This document shows positions 10,651 to 20,700 of a stretch of DNA of 64,000 nucleotides, in pieces. The stretch is from an uncultured virus (IMG/VR IMGVR_UViG_3300031760_000031) (Duplodnaviria; Heunggongvirae; Uroviricota; Caudoviricetes), in the IMG/VR virus record IMGVR_UViG_3300031760_000031; one strand, written 5' to 3'. The position numbers and the translations under genes were made by a program. The notes under the pieces are model-generated. The model did no database searches. It was not told the DNA's origin and saw only the letters and a list, made by a program, of their open reading frames with translations. Each line of letters begins with the position of its first letter. Within the stretch, counting starts at the first letter, position 1.

Positions 10651-11222
10651 TTTAATTCCTCCTTAATATTCTCATCTAAAAACCACATAAACTGACACCA
10701 AATATCAACTTCTCTCATGTCTTTACGTGGATGCTCCAACGTAAAAAGCCCACCTTTACCGTTATAGTCGTACTTATGAGCTAGGAAATTGCTAATCACT
10801 TCGGCACAATAGTCGCGGTTGAACGATTTATCTTCCATACTATTTAATCCTAATGAAACTATCATTGACCAAAACCATTGTCCAGTTCGATTACCAAACA
10901 TATAATTCGCTGTTATTTCTTCTTCGACTTTGTACGATAAAGCAATCATCATCTCTAAAATGCTACAATCCCTTGTCCCTAAACATTCGTCAATAATTAC
11001 ATCCGGATATCCATGTTCAAATCCAAAGCGATATCTGAAATCTATTCCGTCAATTGCACGATTTTCATCCATATTCATTTTCGGAACAAATGTTGATGAG
11101 TGCAGAAAATATAATAGCTTTCTGTATGAGATCTTGTTTTTACGTTCATTACTGCAAACTAGATGATACATCCATTCAAAATATTCATTATTAATCTTAT
11201 CTATTTCCTTACTATGTATCAT
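10647..11222 (-). CDS. conserved hypothetical phage protein
   Basis: 191 aa with NRAIDG..R, CSILEMMIAL, GGLF, IWCQ blocks typical of genes upstream of such polymerases. Confidence 0.8.
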   Translation of the reverse strand: MIHSKEIDKINNEYFEWMYHLVCSNERKNKISYRKLLYFLHSSTFVPKMNMDENRAIDGIDFRYRFGFEHGYPDVIIDECLGTRDCSILEMMIALSYKVEEEITANYMFGNRTGQWFWSMIVSLGLNSMEDKSFNRDYCAEVISNFLAHKYDYNGKGGLFTLEHPRKDMREVDIWCQFMWFLDENIKEELN

Positions 11223-11241
11223 CTGACCTCCTTCTCGATAA

Positions 11242-11868
11242 CTAATCGTTGAAGTCGTAATCTACTAGTTGAATTTCATAATCTGCGAAAATATCATCGT
11301 TCCTTATCCAGGCTATTTCGACCCTATCTTCTAACAATTTTGATAGTTGCTTGTAATTATCCTCTCCTAAAATATCTTCTGGATTATCGATCGGATTATA
11401 TGCAGAATCGATCACAATTCCATTTGCATGGTATGTGAGTGAAACTTTCTGATATGCTTCTCTTTCTGCATAATCATCTGCAGATATAAAATATTTAGAA
11501 TCTGGCTTTTTAAATACCAACCGTTCTTTCATATCATCGATAAAGTTTGATGTATCAGAAGCTAAAGAGTCTGCCGTTTCTTTGACAGACTCCTTAATTT
11601 CCTCAACTTTTTCCTTGGCTTCTTCTTTAACATAACCAAGCTGCTTATTTAAATCTTCATATGTATCGACCATCTTTTCTTTTAACGAACGGTTCTTCTC
11701 TGCAAGTTCTTTTGTCTTTTTATAATATTCATCTCTAGCAGGTTTAACTTCTTGCTCATAGAAATTGTCTTTTTCTTTTTCGAAAATATCTTTACTAATA
11801 AAGTATGTTGCTACAGAACCAACTGTAGCACCGACAACAAATGCAATAAATGTTGAAAACTTACCCAT
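11242..11868 (-). CDS. membrane-anchored hypothetical protein
   Basis: N-terminal TM FIAFVVGATVGSVATYF, then coiled coil. Confidence 0.75.
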   Translation of the reverse strand: MGKFSTFIAFVVGATVGSVATYFISKDIFEKEKDNFYEQEVKPARDEYYKKTKELAEKNRSLKEKMVDTYEDLNKQLGYVKEEAKEKVEEIKESVKETADSLASDTSNFIDDMKERLVFKKPDSKYFISADDYAEREAYQKVSLTYHANGIVIDSAYNPIDNPEDILGEDNYKQLSKLLEDRVEIAWIRNDDIFADYEIQLVDYDFND

Positions 11869-11892
11869 TTACTCTCCTTTCCCAAAATATCT

Positions 11893-12858
11893 TTATCGAT
11901 AAACCAATGGTTCAATGCCAACAAAATCCAACAACATTACCGGATCTAATGAGTCTCCATCACTAATCGCAGTTTCAACAGGCTTTCTTAGTTTTTCTCC
12001 GGTTGGCGTAATAACATAAACCAAAATATCAAAGTTGTCAGGATCGCCGCATTCGTCAAACGTGTTTCCCTCTACTCCAGGTCTGAAAATAGCTCCAATT
12101 ACATCACCTTTTTCATAATCTGGCCTTAAATCAAGTTCTGCATAAATCTCGTTTAAAGATACACGGTGAGATTTTCTTCTTTTCAGTTTTCTACGAATAT
12201 TACGTTTTGCACTGTTAATTATCATTAAATTAGTGCTTACGCAACGATCCCAATAATTTGAATCTGAATCAAAGAATCTAGTTAAATCATCATTTGGATC
12301 AAAGGTTTTATCTGTTGATTTGTACTCTACAGAATCCTCTTCACCATCTTTACCTTTAATTTTCTTCGCTTTAACATTGTATCTGGCTTCTACATCAGCA
12401 TTCTCACCAAATTTTTCAACAATATTGCTACGATAGTTTTCAAATGTCTTTGATAATCCTAGATAAGCAGCACTCAGTCCAGCATTTCGTTTTGCCATGA
12501 TGCCATGCGATCCGATAATGCATCCGATCGATCCACCAATTAATAAACCTGCCGGTAAATATAATTTGACAAGTTTATAACCAGTTCTAAAATATGCCGT
12601 TGTGATGTCTTTTCTGCTATCTTTTTCTGTATATTCGATCTGAGCATCCATCTCAGGATCATAAATATAACCTTTTTCTGTCTTTTCCTTGATTTCTTCG
12701 ATCGTTTCTTTGTGCTCTTCTAAAATCGGATCGACATGTTTTGTTTCTTTGCACGCAACAACTGTTCCGGCGACAACACCAGAAACCCCCATAGTAATGA
12801 GGATCTCTGGTAAATATCTTTTTACTAACGAAACAGCGCTATCAATAATCTGATTCAT
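11893..12858 (-). CDS. DUF6353-like phage protein
   Basis: PEIL..GV.G...VVACKET, KLYLPA, KRNAGLSAAY; paralogue of 14035-14883. Confidence 0.7.
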   Translation of the reverse strand: MNQIIDSAVSLVKRYLPEILITMGVSGVVAGTVVACKETKHVDPILEEHKETIEEIKEKTEKGYIYDPEMDAQIEYTEKDSRKDITTAYFRTGYKLVKLYLPAGLLIGGSIGCIIGSHGIMAKRNAGLSAAYLGLSKTFENYRSNIVEKFGENADVEARYNVKAKKIKGKDGEEDSVEYKSTDKTFDPNDDLTRFFDSDSNYWDRCVSTNLMIINSAKRNIRRKLKRRKSHRVSLNEIYAELDLRPDYEKGDVIGAIFRPGVEGNTFDECGDPDNFDILVYVITPTGEKLRKPVETAISDGDSLDPVMLLDFVGIEPLVYR

Positions 12859-12872
12859 TTAGTTTTCCCTTT

Positions 12873-13508
12873 CTAGTCAATCGTATATGGTCTTGGTAAA
12901 TCCAGATAATATCCGCCATCTCTCGATCTTCTGATTTGAACACCATCTAAATTTGTCCATCCATAATTGTTATCTGTGTAATTGCTATCACGTCCAGATA
13001 TCTCCAAATAGTCTGCAACTCTAACTGCTGGATATGCATTGAGTATTTCCATCATTCTGTAAAGAACCGCTTCTGCATCAGATCTAGACTCAAATACGAT
13101 CTCGTTATAGTCGTATCCATAATTTGTTCTCGGCTTTGAATAATATCCATTCTGGTTATTATTCCTCTGATCATAATATGGTTTGTATGAAACGGTGCTT
13201 CCTCTGTAACCCGAATAGCTTGTACGATTGCTCGTGTTACCAGAACCGCCATACAGCATCATATCCACAGCTGTATTTACAACAGACTGAATCATTCCTT
13301 TTACTAAAGGAACTACAACATCTTTTGCAATGTATTCAGTTACTGTTTTTCCATCTTCAGCAATGAATTGTTCCTTAATTTCCTGCCAAAGAGATTTTTG
13401 TTTTGTTTTTGCTGGAGTTGATACTACCGAAGCTTGTTTTTCGCGTTCAGGCTTATCGACCTTGGTTTTCTGATCCAATGATGTTCTTGTAATGTTGTTA
13501 TCTGGCAT
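12873..13508 (-). CDS. conserved hypothetical phage protein
   Basis: FESRSDAEAVL, VADY, YTDNNYGWT, GYYLDLP; start at MPDN after AAAGG. Confidence 0.75.
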   Translation of the reverse strand: MPDNNITRTSLDQKTKVDKPEREKQASVVSTPAKTKQKSLWQEIKEQFIAEDGKTVTEYIAKDVVVPLVKGMIQSVVNTAVDMMLYGGSGNTSNRTSYSGYRGSTVSYKPYYDQRNNNQNGYYSKPRTNYGYDYNEIVFESRSDAEAVLYRMMEILNAYPAVRVADYLEISGRDSNYTDNNYGWTNLDGVQIRRSRDGGYYLDLPRPYTID

Positions 13509-13589
13509 AGTACCTTTCCTTTCTACTCTCCTTTCGCGCAAAGAAAAAAGAAGACATCATGCGATGTCCTCTAATATGAAGTGACAATC

Positions 13590-13916
13590 CTATTCGGATT
13601 TTTCTTCTGCCTTTTTGTCAATAACTTCAACAACTGGCTGATCTTTAGCCATCTGTCTTGCTTTACGATTCTCTTTCATCTTCGAGAAACCGGATTTGAT
13701 TTTTCCAAATAACGGCTTTGCTGCCTTGACATAGACAAACTTGCCAACATGATATAAACCATCAAGTGCAAGTAAGCCTGCGCCAATCGCTAAACCGTCC
13801 TTGACATAGTCTCTTCCTGTTTCTTCCGTAGATTCAACAGAATCAATAGAATCAAGATCAACAACAGTAGGATCAACCTCAACTTCAGTGTTTACGTTTT
13901 CGATTTTTGTAGACAT
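13590..13916 (-). CDS. cassette membrane protein
   Basis: GGAGG SD, single TM segment, preceded by junction motif 13945-13970. Confidence 0.7.
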   Translation of the reverse strand: MSTKIENVNTEVEVDPTVVDLDSIDSVESTEETGRDYVKDGLAIGAGLLALDGLYHVGKFVYVKAAKPLFGKIKSGFSKMKENRKARQMAKDQPVVEVIDKKAEEKSE

Positions 13917-14034
13917 ATCTATTCTTTCCTCCTTTATGTCCTTCATAATATGGAGTGAAAAAAACGCGAATATAAATCCGCGTTCTTCACCACCAATAAT
14001 GTTTTTCGAACCACCAATCTAGTTGTTCTTGCAG

Positions 14035-14883
14035 TCAATAGGCTCTCCAATATTCTTGATACTTTGGAGTGCTTCCATAAGTAATCGAGTAACATGGATA
14101 GCCTTTCCATTTACCAACGGTTACTGTCTTTAAACTGCTTTCATTTAATTCGCAGCTAAATCCTTCATATGGGGTTGCTGAACTCCAGAAAGAGTTCTGT
14201 GCCCTATGAATTTGCGTTTCAGTCAAATAATCTGTAATACGAGGTTCTAAGATACAATACCATTCGTATTCGCTCATGCTTTCGTCAAACGATTTTTCTT
14301 GTTTGTCGTATCCCCTGCCTATTGCATATCTGATTTTATCCAGACTATCAACAAACATGTAATATCCGCTTAGTTCATCTTGAACTAAGATCTTAAGTGT
14401 TCCACCATCCTCTGGATTGATAACATTAATATCATCCATCGGAGGATTATTTTCTACATGATCTTGAGCGATGGCGTTCCTTATTTTCTGTTCCTTCTTT
14501 TCACCAACAATGTCAATCGTTTTCGCGCGATACTCGTCCATGAGAGTTTTTGACATTTCATATGCAGTTGCAAGAGCAGCATTTCTCTTTAAACTAGTAT
14601 TGACAGATCCAACAATGCATAAAGTTGAAGTTACGCCAGTCGCAACAGCTGGAAGATAGTCTTTCCAAACAGTTTTAACAGTTTGAACCGGAGTTAATTC
14701 CTCAACATCCAATTCTTCTTTTGCCTTTTCAATTTTTTCTGCAGCTTCAGGAGCTGCTTTTGCTGCTAAAACACTTGTGGTAACGAATCCACCAATACCC
14801 AATCCTGCTAAAATTTCAGGCGCATGTTTTCTTGAAATGTCAACCAGCCTTAATGCTAAATCTTTAATAATTCCTGTATTCAT
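14035..14883 (-). CDS. DUF6353-like phage protein
   Basis: HAPEILAGLGIGG, YLPAVATG, KRNAALATAY; paralogue of 11893-12858. Confidence 0.7.
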   Translation of the reverse strand: MNTGIIKDLALRLVDISRKHAPEILAGLGIGGFVTTSVLAAKAAPEAAEKIEKAKEELDVEELTPVQTVKTVWKDYLPAVATGVTSTLCIVGSVNTSLKRNAALATAYEMSKTLMDEYRAKTIDIVGEKKEQKIRNAIAQDHVENNPPMDDINVINPEDGGTLKILVQDELSGYYMFVDSLDKIRYAIGRGYDKQEKSFDESMSEYEWYCILEPRITDYLTETQIHRAQNSFWSSATPYEGFSCELNESSLKTVTVGKWKGYPCYSITYGSTPKYQEYWRAY

Positions 14884-14914
14884 TTTTTTTCTCCTTTGCA
14901 AAGAATAAAAGAGT

Positions 14915-15142
14915 CTATTCAGACTCCTTATTTTGATCTTTATACTTCTTTACAGTACCAGCAAGAACGTTAAATGTCTGCCCGATCTGGTAAATAAGCC
15001 ACGATGCTGCCGCAGTTGTTAAACATTGCAATAATGCCGTTTTTCCAATCGACTTTGCTGTTTCTAACTGCTCGTCCGTGTTATCTAACTTATACGGGTC
15101 TTTCTTTTCCTCTTCAGTTGCTTGTAAATTTTTTGATTCCAT
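14915..15142 (-). CDS. cassette protein ending KESE
   Basis: stop codon lies within hairpin 14911-14926. Confidence 0.75.
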   Translation of the reverse strand: MESKNLQATEEEKKDPYKLDNTDEQLETAKSIGKTALLQCLTTAAASWLIYQIGQTFNVLAGTVKKYKDQNKESE

Positions 15143-15206
15143 ATAAATCTCCTTTCATAAAAGCTCGTGAAAAAATAAAGAGCATCTTAATCGATGCTCT
15201 TACCTT

Positions 15207-15371
15207 CTAAAACCTTCCTAATACAAATTTTACGAAACATCCACATAAAAAGAAAAATACCACTAAATCACCGACGATCATTAATCCTGTTACGCCACCA
15301 AATATAACGCAGCACGCAATCAGTAATGATGCCAGTGATATAAATGCTATAATTCCAAATAATGTGATCAT
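15207..15371 (-). CDS. 54-aa hydrophobic cassette protein
   Basis: hand-translated MITLFGIIAF...; AAGGAGG SD, motif 15393-15418, terminator 15177-15201. Confidence 0.65.
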   Translation of the reverse strand: MITLFGIIAFISLASLLIACCVIFGGVTGLMIVGDLVVFFFLCGCFVKFVLGRF

Positions 15372-15436
15372 AATAATATGTACCTCCTTATCATTAAAGG
15401 ATCTGAGATTTCAGCGAGCTAAAAACAAAAGAGGAA

Positions 15437-15835
15437 CTAATGTCCTCTTCTGCCGAAATTGAAAATATCCCTTAAGGATCCGGTAATCCATCGACCACCA
15501 GAAGTCGTGTATGTATTTGTCCTTTCAAAATTCGTAATTGCCTTCATCTGATTTGTAAAGATGTTAGATCTGATGCCCAAATCTAATAACATCGTCAACA
15601 AAGGTACTGATGCGACGAAAACATCTTTTTTAGTGATTTCACCGTTTTTCTCAATTTTCTTGAGTTCCGTTTCTCTTTCACTATCAATTTTCTTTTCCTC
15701 GTTCAATACATTTGCTATTGACGTTGCTTTTGAAATGTATTTCAGATAATCCTCTGAATCAGCTTCGCAAGCATACGCTCTGTCCAAACAATCATTCATC
15801 GAATCTTCCAGATTCTTTCTTGTTTTATCGTCCAT
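15437..15835 (-). CDS. cassette hypothetical protein
   Basis: 132 aa, AAAGGAG SD, motif 15852-15877. Confidence 0.75.
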   Translation of the reverse strand: MDDKTRKNLEDSMNDCLDRAYACEADSEDYLKYISKATSIANVLNEEKKIDSERETELKKIEKNGEITKKDVFVASVPLLTMLLDLGIRSNIFTNQMKAITNFERTNTYTTSGGRWITGSLRDIFNFGRRGH

Positions 15836-15869
15836 AAGTTATTCTCCTTTCATTATAGGAATTGAAATA

Positions 15870-16052
15870 TCAGCGATGGGCAGCAAACAGAGCCCTATCC
15901 ATAGCGCCTGTTGTTATTGAACCTAATATATAGCCAACAGTTAAGCTGCAGACAACCATAATACCAATAGAAAGGACCTTCCCGTTATTAACTAATTCTG
16001 AAACTTGATCTTTTATCGTTGTTTTGATTTCTTCTTTTTGTTTTCCAAACAT
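15870..16052 (-). CDS. small membrane protein
   Basis: one TM segment, AAAGGAG SD. Confidence 0.65.
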   Translation of the reverse strand: MFGKQKEEIKTTIKDQVSELVNNGKVLSIGIMVVCSLTVGYILGSITTGAMDRALFAAHR

Positions 16053-16340
16053 TTAAGAATCTCCTTTCTTTATGACTGGCTTTGTTACGTTTTCTTTCTT
16101 TACTCTAGGCCATTTAATCTTTTGCCCGCAATGTGCACAATATTTTTCCTTTATTCCACTCAACGGATCAATACTATGAAATTCATTACAAGATGGGCAA
16201 AACCATACAAGATTTAAACCTTCCATCATTTTTGGAGGCTTTGCCGTGTCTTTTTCATAAAGTTTCTCAATTTTCTTTATTGAGTATTCTTTTCCACGAA
16301 TATGGATAATATCATAAGGATCCGGTCTCTTCATTTTCAC
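16053..16340 (-). CDS. zinc-ribbon protein
   Basis: CPSC...YCAHCGQKIKW. Confidence 0.7.
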   Translation of the reverse strand: MKMKRPDPYDIIHIRGKEYSIKKIEKLYEKDTAKPPKMMEGLNLVWFCPSCNEFHSIDPLSGIKEKYCAHCGQKIKWPRVKKENVTKPVIKKGDS

Positions 16341-16968
16341 CTCTTATTTCTTTTACATATGGGAATTCTTTTAAAATATCAACGAATTCGTTCCATTCGT
16401 CCAGTTTATGCCCAGTTCTCTGATTGATCATAGTCATTACGTTTTCGTAATTCATCGTGATCGTTCTTCTCTGGTTATATGATGATGGAAGTGTTTGGAT
16501 CATTTGCCACCACCATTTCTTATCTTTTGTTTCTATGAAATTCTGTCTTGCCGTATTTAAGCAGTTCAGATTGCTTTCAAAACCTGCAAGATTTCCTTCG
16601 GTTAAATGCTCAACACTAAAATCATCTAATGTAAATTCTTTTGCATGAATCTTATGCATTGTACTGCAGCTGTTTGAAACTGTTCCTACCTTATATGTGT
16701 CGAACTCTTTCCACCAATAAAGTGGTGCAGTAATATCCATTGAGACAAATATCTGCCTAAGATACTTTCTATGCTCCGGACCAGCAGCATAAAGTTTTTG
16801 CATAAGTTTTAAATCATTTGGCCCGATCATATGTATTACTGGGATTTCATCAGCATAAAATGTTGCAACTCCATTTGAATCACTTTTAGCCCAGCTGTTA
16901 AGAGGATTTCTCATACCTCTAATAGCGTGTTCAAATCCCCAAATATCTATGTTTTCAACTTTAATCAT
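16312..16968 (-). CDS. ThyX-like (FAD-dependent thymidylate synthase-like) protein
   Basis: AIRGMRNP, HRKYLRQI, APLYWWKEFDTYKVG, SCSTMH, H(K)LDEW blocks; no canonical RHRx7S motif. Confidence 0.6.
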   Translation of the reverse strand: MIKVENIDIWGFEHAIRGMRNPLNSWAKSDSNGVATFYADEIPVIHMIGPNDLKLMQKLYAAGPEHRKYLRQIFVSMDITAPLYWWKEFDTYKVGTVSNSCSTMHKIHAKEFTLDDFSVEHLTEGNLAGFESNLNCLNTARQNFIETKDKKWWWQMIQTLPSSYNQRRTITMNYENVMTMINQRTGHKLDEWNEFVDILKEFPYVKEIRGENEETGSL

Positions 16969-17191
16969 TCTGCTTCTCCTTGTAATCCTTACATTCACCA
17001 ATGGAAAATCCTATTGATGTTCCTTTGCGATGACCATTTTCTCCGCATGGGCACGTTTTCCACTTTTGACATTTCCTACAGTCTTTCATTCTGTTTCTCC
17101 CTACTGCATCATCAACAACATGACTCCGCCAAATAGAAGCATAGCTCCTATGTAAATCATCCATTCCGCTATATTTTCAATCATTTTTTAT

Positions 17192-17371
17192 TTAATCCTC
17201 TATAAGAACATATTTAGTTCCTAAATCATTACAATCAACATACACGGAGTTAGCTATTTTAAGCCCATATTCTCCAATAGTCTCGTCGCATGCAAGTTCT
17301 CCAGCATACACTACAACTGGAAGACTTTTATCAAGCTTTTCAAGCTTTCCAATTAATTCACCTACTGTCAT
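17192..17371 (-). CDS. 59-aa hypothetical protein
   Basis: hand-translated MTVGELIGKLEKLD...; AAGGAGAG SD. Confidence 0.6.
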   Translation of the reverse strand: MTVGELIGKLEKLDKSLPVVVYAGELACDETIGEYGLKIANSVYVDCNDLGTKYVLIED

Positions 17372-17670
17372 TTTTTACTCTCCTTTTCTTGCTCAATTAA
17401 ATATGATTCTAATCTCCAATTATAATTCCGATATCGATACCATTGACGAGCAGTTAGCGGTTTTTTAGGCTTTAAATACCAAAACCAGACATCATATGGC
17501 CATATTAGAATGAACAGCGTATAAGCTTTTATAAGTTCAATAGGAGTATCTTTTTCTTTCCAAATCTCACGATCTGAATCTTTAAAGTAATTATTCACTC
17601 GTATAACATTCCAAATAAATCTCCAATGCGCTCCGATTAACCAAAAAACCAGGAAATATTTCCAAATCAT
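17368..17670 (-). CDS. membrane protein
   Basis: two hydrophobic segments, ILIWP motif. Confidence 0.65.
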   Translation of the reverse strand: MIWKYFLVFWLIGAHWRFIWNVIRVNNYFKDSDREIWKEKDTPIELIKAYTLFILIWPYDVWFWYLKPKKPLTARQWYRYRNYNWRLESYLIEQEKESKK

Positions 17671-17682
17671 TTTCTACTCTCC

Positions 17683-18045
17683 TTATTCATAATAGGAACC
17701 CATATCTAGTTCGATTTCTGTATCTAGATTCACTTCTTCTATCCAAAATGATTCATGGAAAGATCTTACAGATTCTTCTGCTTCAAGATCAATATTATAA
17801 GGAACCCATTTTCTAGATTTTGGATCCCAAGTTTTTTCGTTTTTGTACCAATCAGGATGCTCATTATAAGTTTTTTGATAAGTCTTGATAAGTTCCTCTT
17901 TATTAGAGTATTTACTATCATTAATTAACCGGTCCATTTCTTTCTCTACAGATTCTTTTGATTCAGAAATGTATTTAATACAGATATCGACTGCATAGGA
18001 TTCATTCCACGCTTTGTTATGCGCTAAAATATAAACAGTTTCCAT
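17683..18045 (-). CDS. hypothetical phage protein
   Basis: 120 aa, AAGGAGAG SD. Confidence 0.7.
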   Translation of the reverse strand: METVYILAHNKAWNESYAVDICIKYISESKESVEKEMDRLINDSKYSNKEELIKTYQKTYNEHPDWYKNEKTWDPKSRKWVPYNIDLEAEESVRSFHESFWIEEVNLDTEIELDMGSYYE

Positions 18046-18128
18046 TTTCTACTCTCCTTTAAATTCTTGTACTTTATTAAAATATCTTCAAAACTCGTAA
18101 CCTATATTCTATAAAAAAGAGTAGACGC

Positions 18129-19076
18129 TTATTTGCGCCTACCCTTTAACTGTTCTCTGAACATGACTGTGGTTTTATCTCTCTGATGATAGTTATACAA
18201 TGCTTCGAGATACTGAATAGCTTGATCTTTTGTAGCTGATGGTGGAAGAAGCATTCTACCATGCTTATCAAGCTTATCAATCATTCTCTGGGCATCAATA
18301 ACATCGTTCAATAAGAGATCAATCAGAATCTTTTTATAGCTTGACATAGTTTTTACGCCAATCAACTTCAAAGATTCATTCATGATTGCGAGCGATTTTA
18401 AGACCTCTCTGGCCTTATAAAACTGCTCATCATTGATACGAATATAACCTTTTTTAAGGTTACTCTGTGTGTGCTTTCCAACTACAACGTCCAGAATATC
18501 AGACAAACTCACTTTAGGAAATTCGTCCTGTAAATTCTTTAAACGCTTGTAGTTGAAATTTCCATCTTCAGAATAAGCCTTAATGTAGTCAGATCCTTTC
18601 CAGCCTTTCTTCATAGAGTTTTTAGTTGCCACATCATAGATGGACATCTTCTTAACGATCATGAATTTGACTGGGGTATTTGACTTTTTACAAGCCATAA
18701 AACGATGCTGACCATCCTCGATCTGAAATTTCTTATCTTCAGTCAAAGAAACTTCAATCGGAGCGCCTTGCCAGCCATTTACTTTCATATTCTCAGCAAT
18801 CTTGTTGATGTGCGGAATATCAATGTCACGGTTGGCTGTTCTAAAAACAAAATCGTCATAGTTGCTGCTAGTGTAGATGTAATTTTCTTTCATACCTGTA
18901 CCCTCCTTTACATCGTTGATAGTGATTCCTAAATAGTCCAAATAATCTAAAAAGTCGTCCTCATTTTCATACTTTTTAGATTCGCCGCATTTAGTTACAT
19001 ATGCGTTAACAAACTCTCCATTGTTGTATACCGCAGAAATATCACCATGACGAATCTCTAAATAATAAGATTGCAT
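18129..19076 (-). CDS. ParB/Srx-like nuclease-domain protein
   Basis: NRDI...PIEV...IEDGQHRF motif. Confidence 0.75.
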   Translation of the reverse strand: MQSYYLEIRHGDISAVYNNGEFVNAYVTKCGESKKYENEDDFLDYLDYLGITINDVKEGTGMKENYIYTSSNYDDFVFRTANRDIDIPHINKIAENMKVNGWQGAPIEVSLTEDKKFQIEDGQHRFMACKKSNTPVKFMIVKKMSIYDVATKNSMKKGWKGSDYIKAYSEDGNFNYKRLKNLQDEFPKVSLSDILDVVVGKHTQSNLKKGYIRINDEQFYKAREVLKSLAIMNESLKLIGVKTMSSYKKILIDLLLNDVIDAQRMIDKLDKHGRMLLPPSATKDQAIQYLEALYNYHQRDKTTVMFREQLKGRRK

Positions 19077-19113
19077 TTTACTCTCCTTTTAAAATGCGAA
19101 AAATAAAAGGAGT

Positions 19114-19230
19114 TTAATCCTCCTCGATTACATAGTATTCTTCTTCAGAAACGATGTATTCGTGAAAATAAGCTCCTGTTACTGTTCCGATTCCAACACC
19201 GGCAATAAACGCTACTAAAATATAAATCAT
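19114..19230 (-). CDS. 38-aa membrane peptide (cassette)
   Basis: hand-translated MIYILVAFIAGVGIG...; motif 19249-19274; stop within a hairpin. Confidence 0.6.
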   Translation of the reverse strand: MIYILVAFIAGVGIGTVTGAYFHEYIVSEEEYYVIEED

Positions 19231-19276
19231 ATTTTATTCCTCTCCTTCATTAAAGTGCAGGAGATTTTCGCGATTA

Positions 19277-19492
19277 TTAACTCTGTTTTACTTGAACGAT
19301 CAGATACTTTTTCTTCCGAAGATCTTCAAGTGGGCATAAAACAACAAGATTATAATGATCTTTCTCTGGATCATTTATATTTACGCCTAAGATTGCATCA
19401 ACATTCTTAAATATCAATATTGAAGCAATTATACCGCCAACAATCAATCCGATAGCAACAGATATAAACATAAAGAAATGAATCTGATCCAT
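19277..19492 (-). CDS. small membrane protein
   Basis: N-terminal TM segment. Confidence 0.65.
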   Translation of the reverse strand: MDQIHFFMFISVAIGLIVGGIIASILIFKNVDAILGVNINDPEKDHYNLVVLCPLEDLRKKKYLIVQVKQS

Positions 19493-19494
19493 AT

Positions 19495-19902
19495 TTAATA
19501 ACTCCTTATAACCTGATATTCGGTTATTTGAATAATATCCTTTGGATTCACTGCATTTTTAATTTCTGTTGTGGATCTAAGAATATTGCCATCATAATAA
19601 TTGAATGCTTGATAGCAAGCTTCAGCATCGAAGTACGTCTGAGTCGGTATCGAATAATCCGCAACTACATAATTCTTGCCGTCATACGATCCTGGAAGAT
19701 AATGCGGTTCCGAATATCTTGTTCTTAAATAGAAATGTTCATTATCGAAACCAACAATCTCTCTTGGTTCGCCAAATATCAATGCGTACTGATTTCTCTT
19801 AAGGACATCGATACTTGTGCTGACCAATTTTAAACCCCAGACCTTACCATCCTGAATATCACGTTTTAATTCGTCTTGTATTTCTTTTGGCATATAGTTC
19901 AT
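19495..19902 (-). CDS. hypothetical phage protein
   Basis: 135 aa, ATGA overlap. Confidence 0.7.
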   Translation of the reverse strand: MNYMPKEIQDELKRDIQDGKVWGLKLVSTSIDVLKRNQYALIFGEPREIVGFDNEHFYLRTRYSEPHYLPGSYDGKNYVVADYSIPTQTYFDAEACYQAFNYYDGNILRSTTEIKNAVNPKDIIQITEYQVIRSY

Positions 19903-20420
19903 TCGTTTTCCTCTTCTTCATCGTCTGCATTCTTATAGATAATCTTTACTTCTTTTTCAGTAGTTGTGAGATTTTCCTTTAAAGTCTTTGCTAATTCAAG
20001 TTTGAGATTAGCTAATTCCTTTTCGTGTTCGACCTCTTTTCTTAATTGCTTTGCTTTTTCGTAAGTTGAATCGGCCTTTGAAATATACTCTTGAAGTTCC
20101 TTACGGATTTTTGCTTCGATATTCGGAGTAATTTCTTTTTGATAAGCAAGCTTAGTTAATTCAAGCTTACGGCGTTCTTCTCTAACCAGAGACTGTTCAC
20201 CTCTAGCCTCAGCTGCAGCTTCTCTTGATCTTTTAACCGCTTCCTCGACATCAATTTTCTTTAATCTAAGAACTTCTTCCTCTTCCTTCATACGAAGTAC
20301 TTTTTCTTCCGGCGTATTGTAATTGTCATACGCTTTCTGAGAAAGAGCTCCAATAATAGAACCTAAGCCTAAAAAGCTTAATGCAGTAACGACCATCTGT
20401 TTAGTAATGTTGAATTCCAT
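19899..20420 (-). CDS. membrane-anchored coiled-coil protein
   Basis: TM segment followed by long E/K-rich helix. Confidence 0.7.
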   Translation of the reverse strand: MEFNITKQMVVTALSFLGLGSIIGALSQKAYDNYNTPEEKVLRMKEEEEVLRLKKIDVEEAVKRSREAAAEARGEQSLVREERRKLELTKLAYQKEITPNIEAKIRKELQEYISKADSTYEKAKQLRKEVEHEKELANLKLELAKTLKENLTTTEKEVKIIYKNADDEEEENE

Positions 20421-20469
20421 GTTTTTAGTTCCTTTCTTTTTTTTTATGTGTATTATTTATGAGAAGAAA

Positions 20470-20660
20470 AAAAAATAAAGGGAAACCTACAGCAAAATTA
20501 TCTATAGATTTCCCTTACCTGTGATTTGAGAATAGAGAGGTATGCATCACAGGTTAACCATTGCCGTCTCCTTTAATCAGTAAATATATATTAAAGGCCC
20601 GTGCCCGATTTAACAGTGATGTATCCCTCAGTTTTCTAAATATACAAACCACCTCCTCTC
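20470..20660 (-). ncRNA. candidate structured small RNA occupying a cassette slot
   Basis: stems 20537-20557/20610-20629, 20570-20577/20590-20597, 20517-20525/20546-20554; terminator 20480-20514 with U-tract; no ORF. Confidence 0.55.
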
Positions 20661-20700
20661 ATTAGAGCCGTTGAAAAAATCGCGAAAATAAAAAGAGTCG

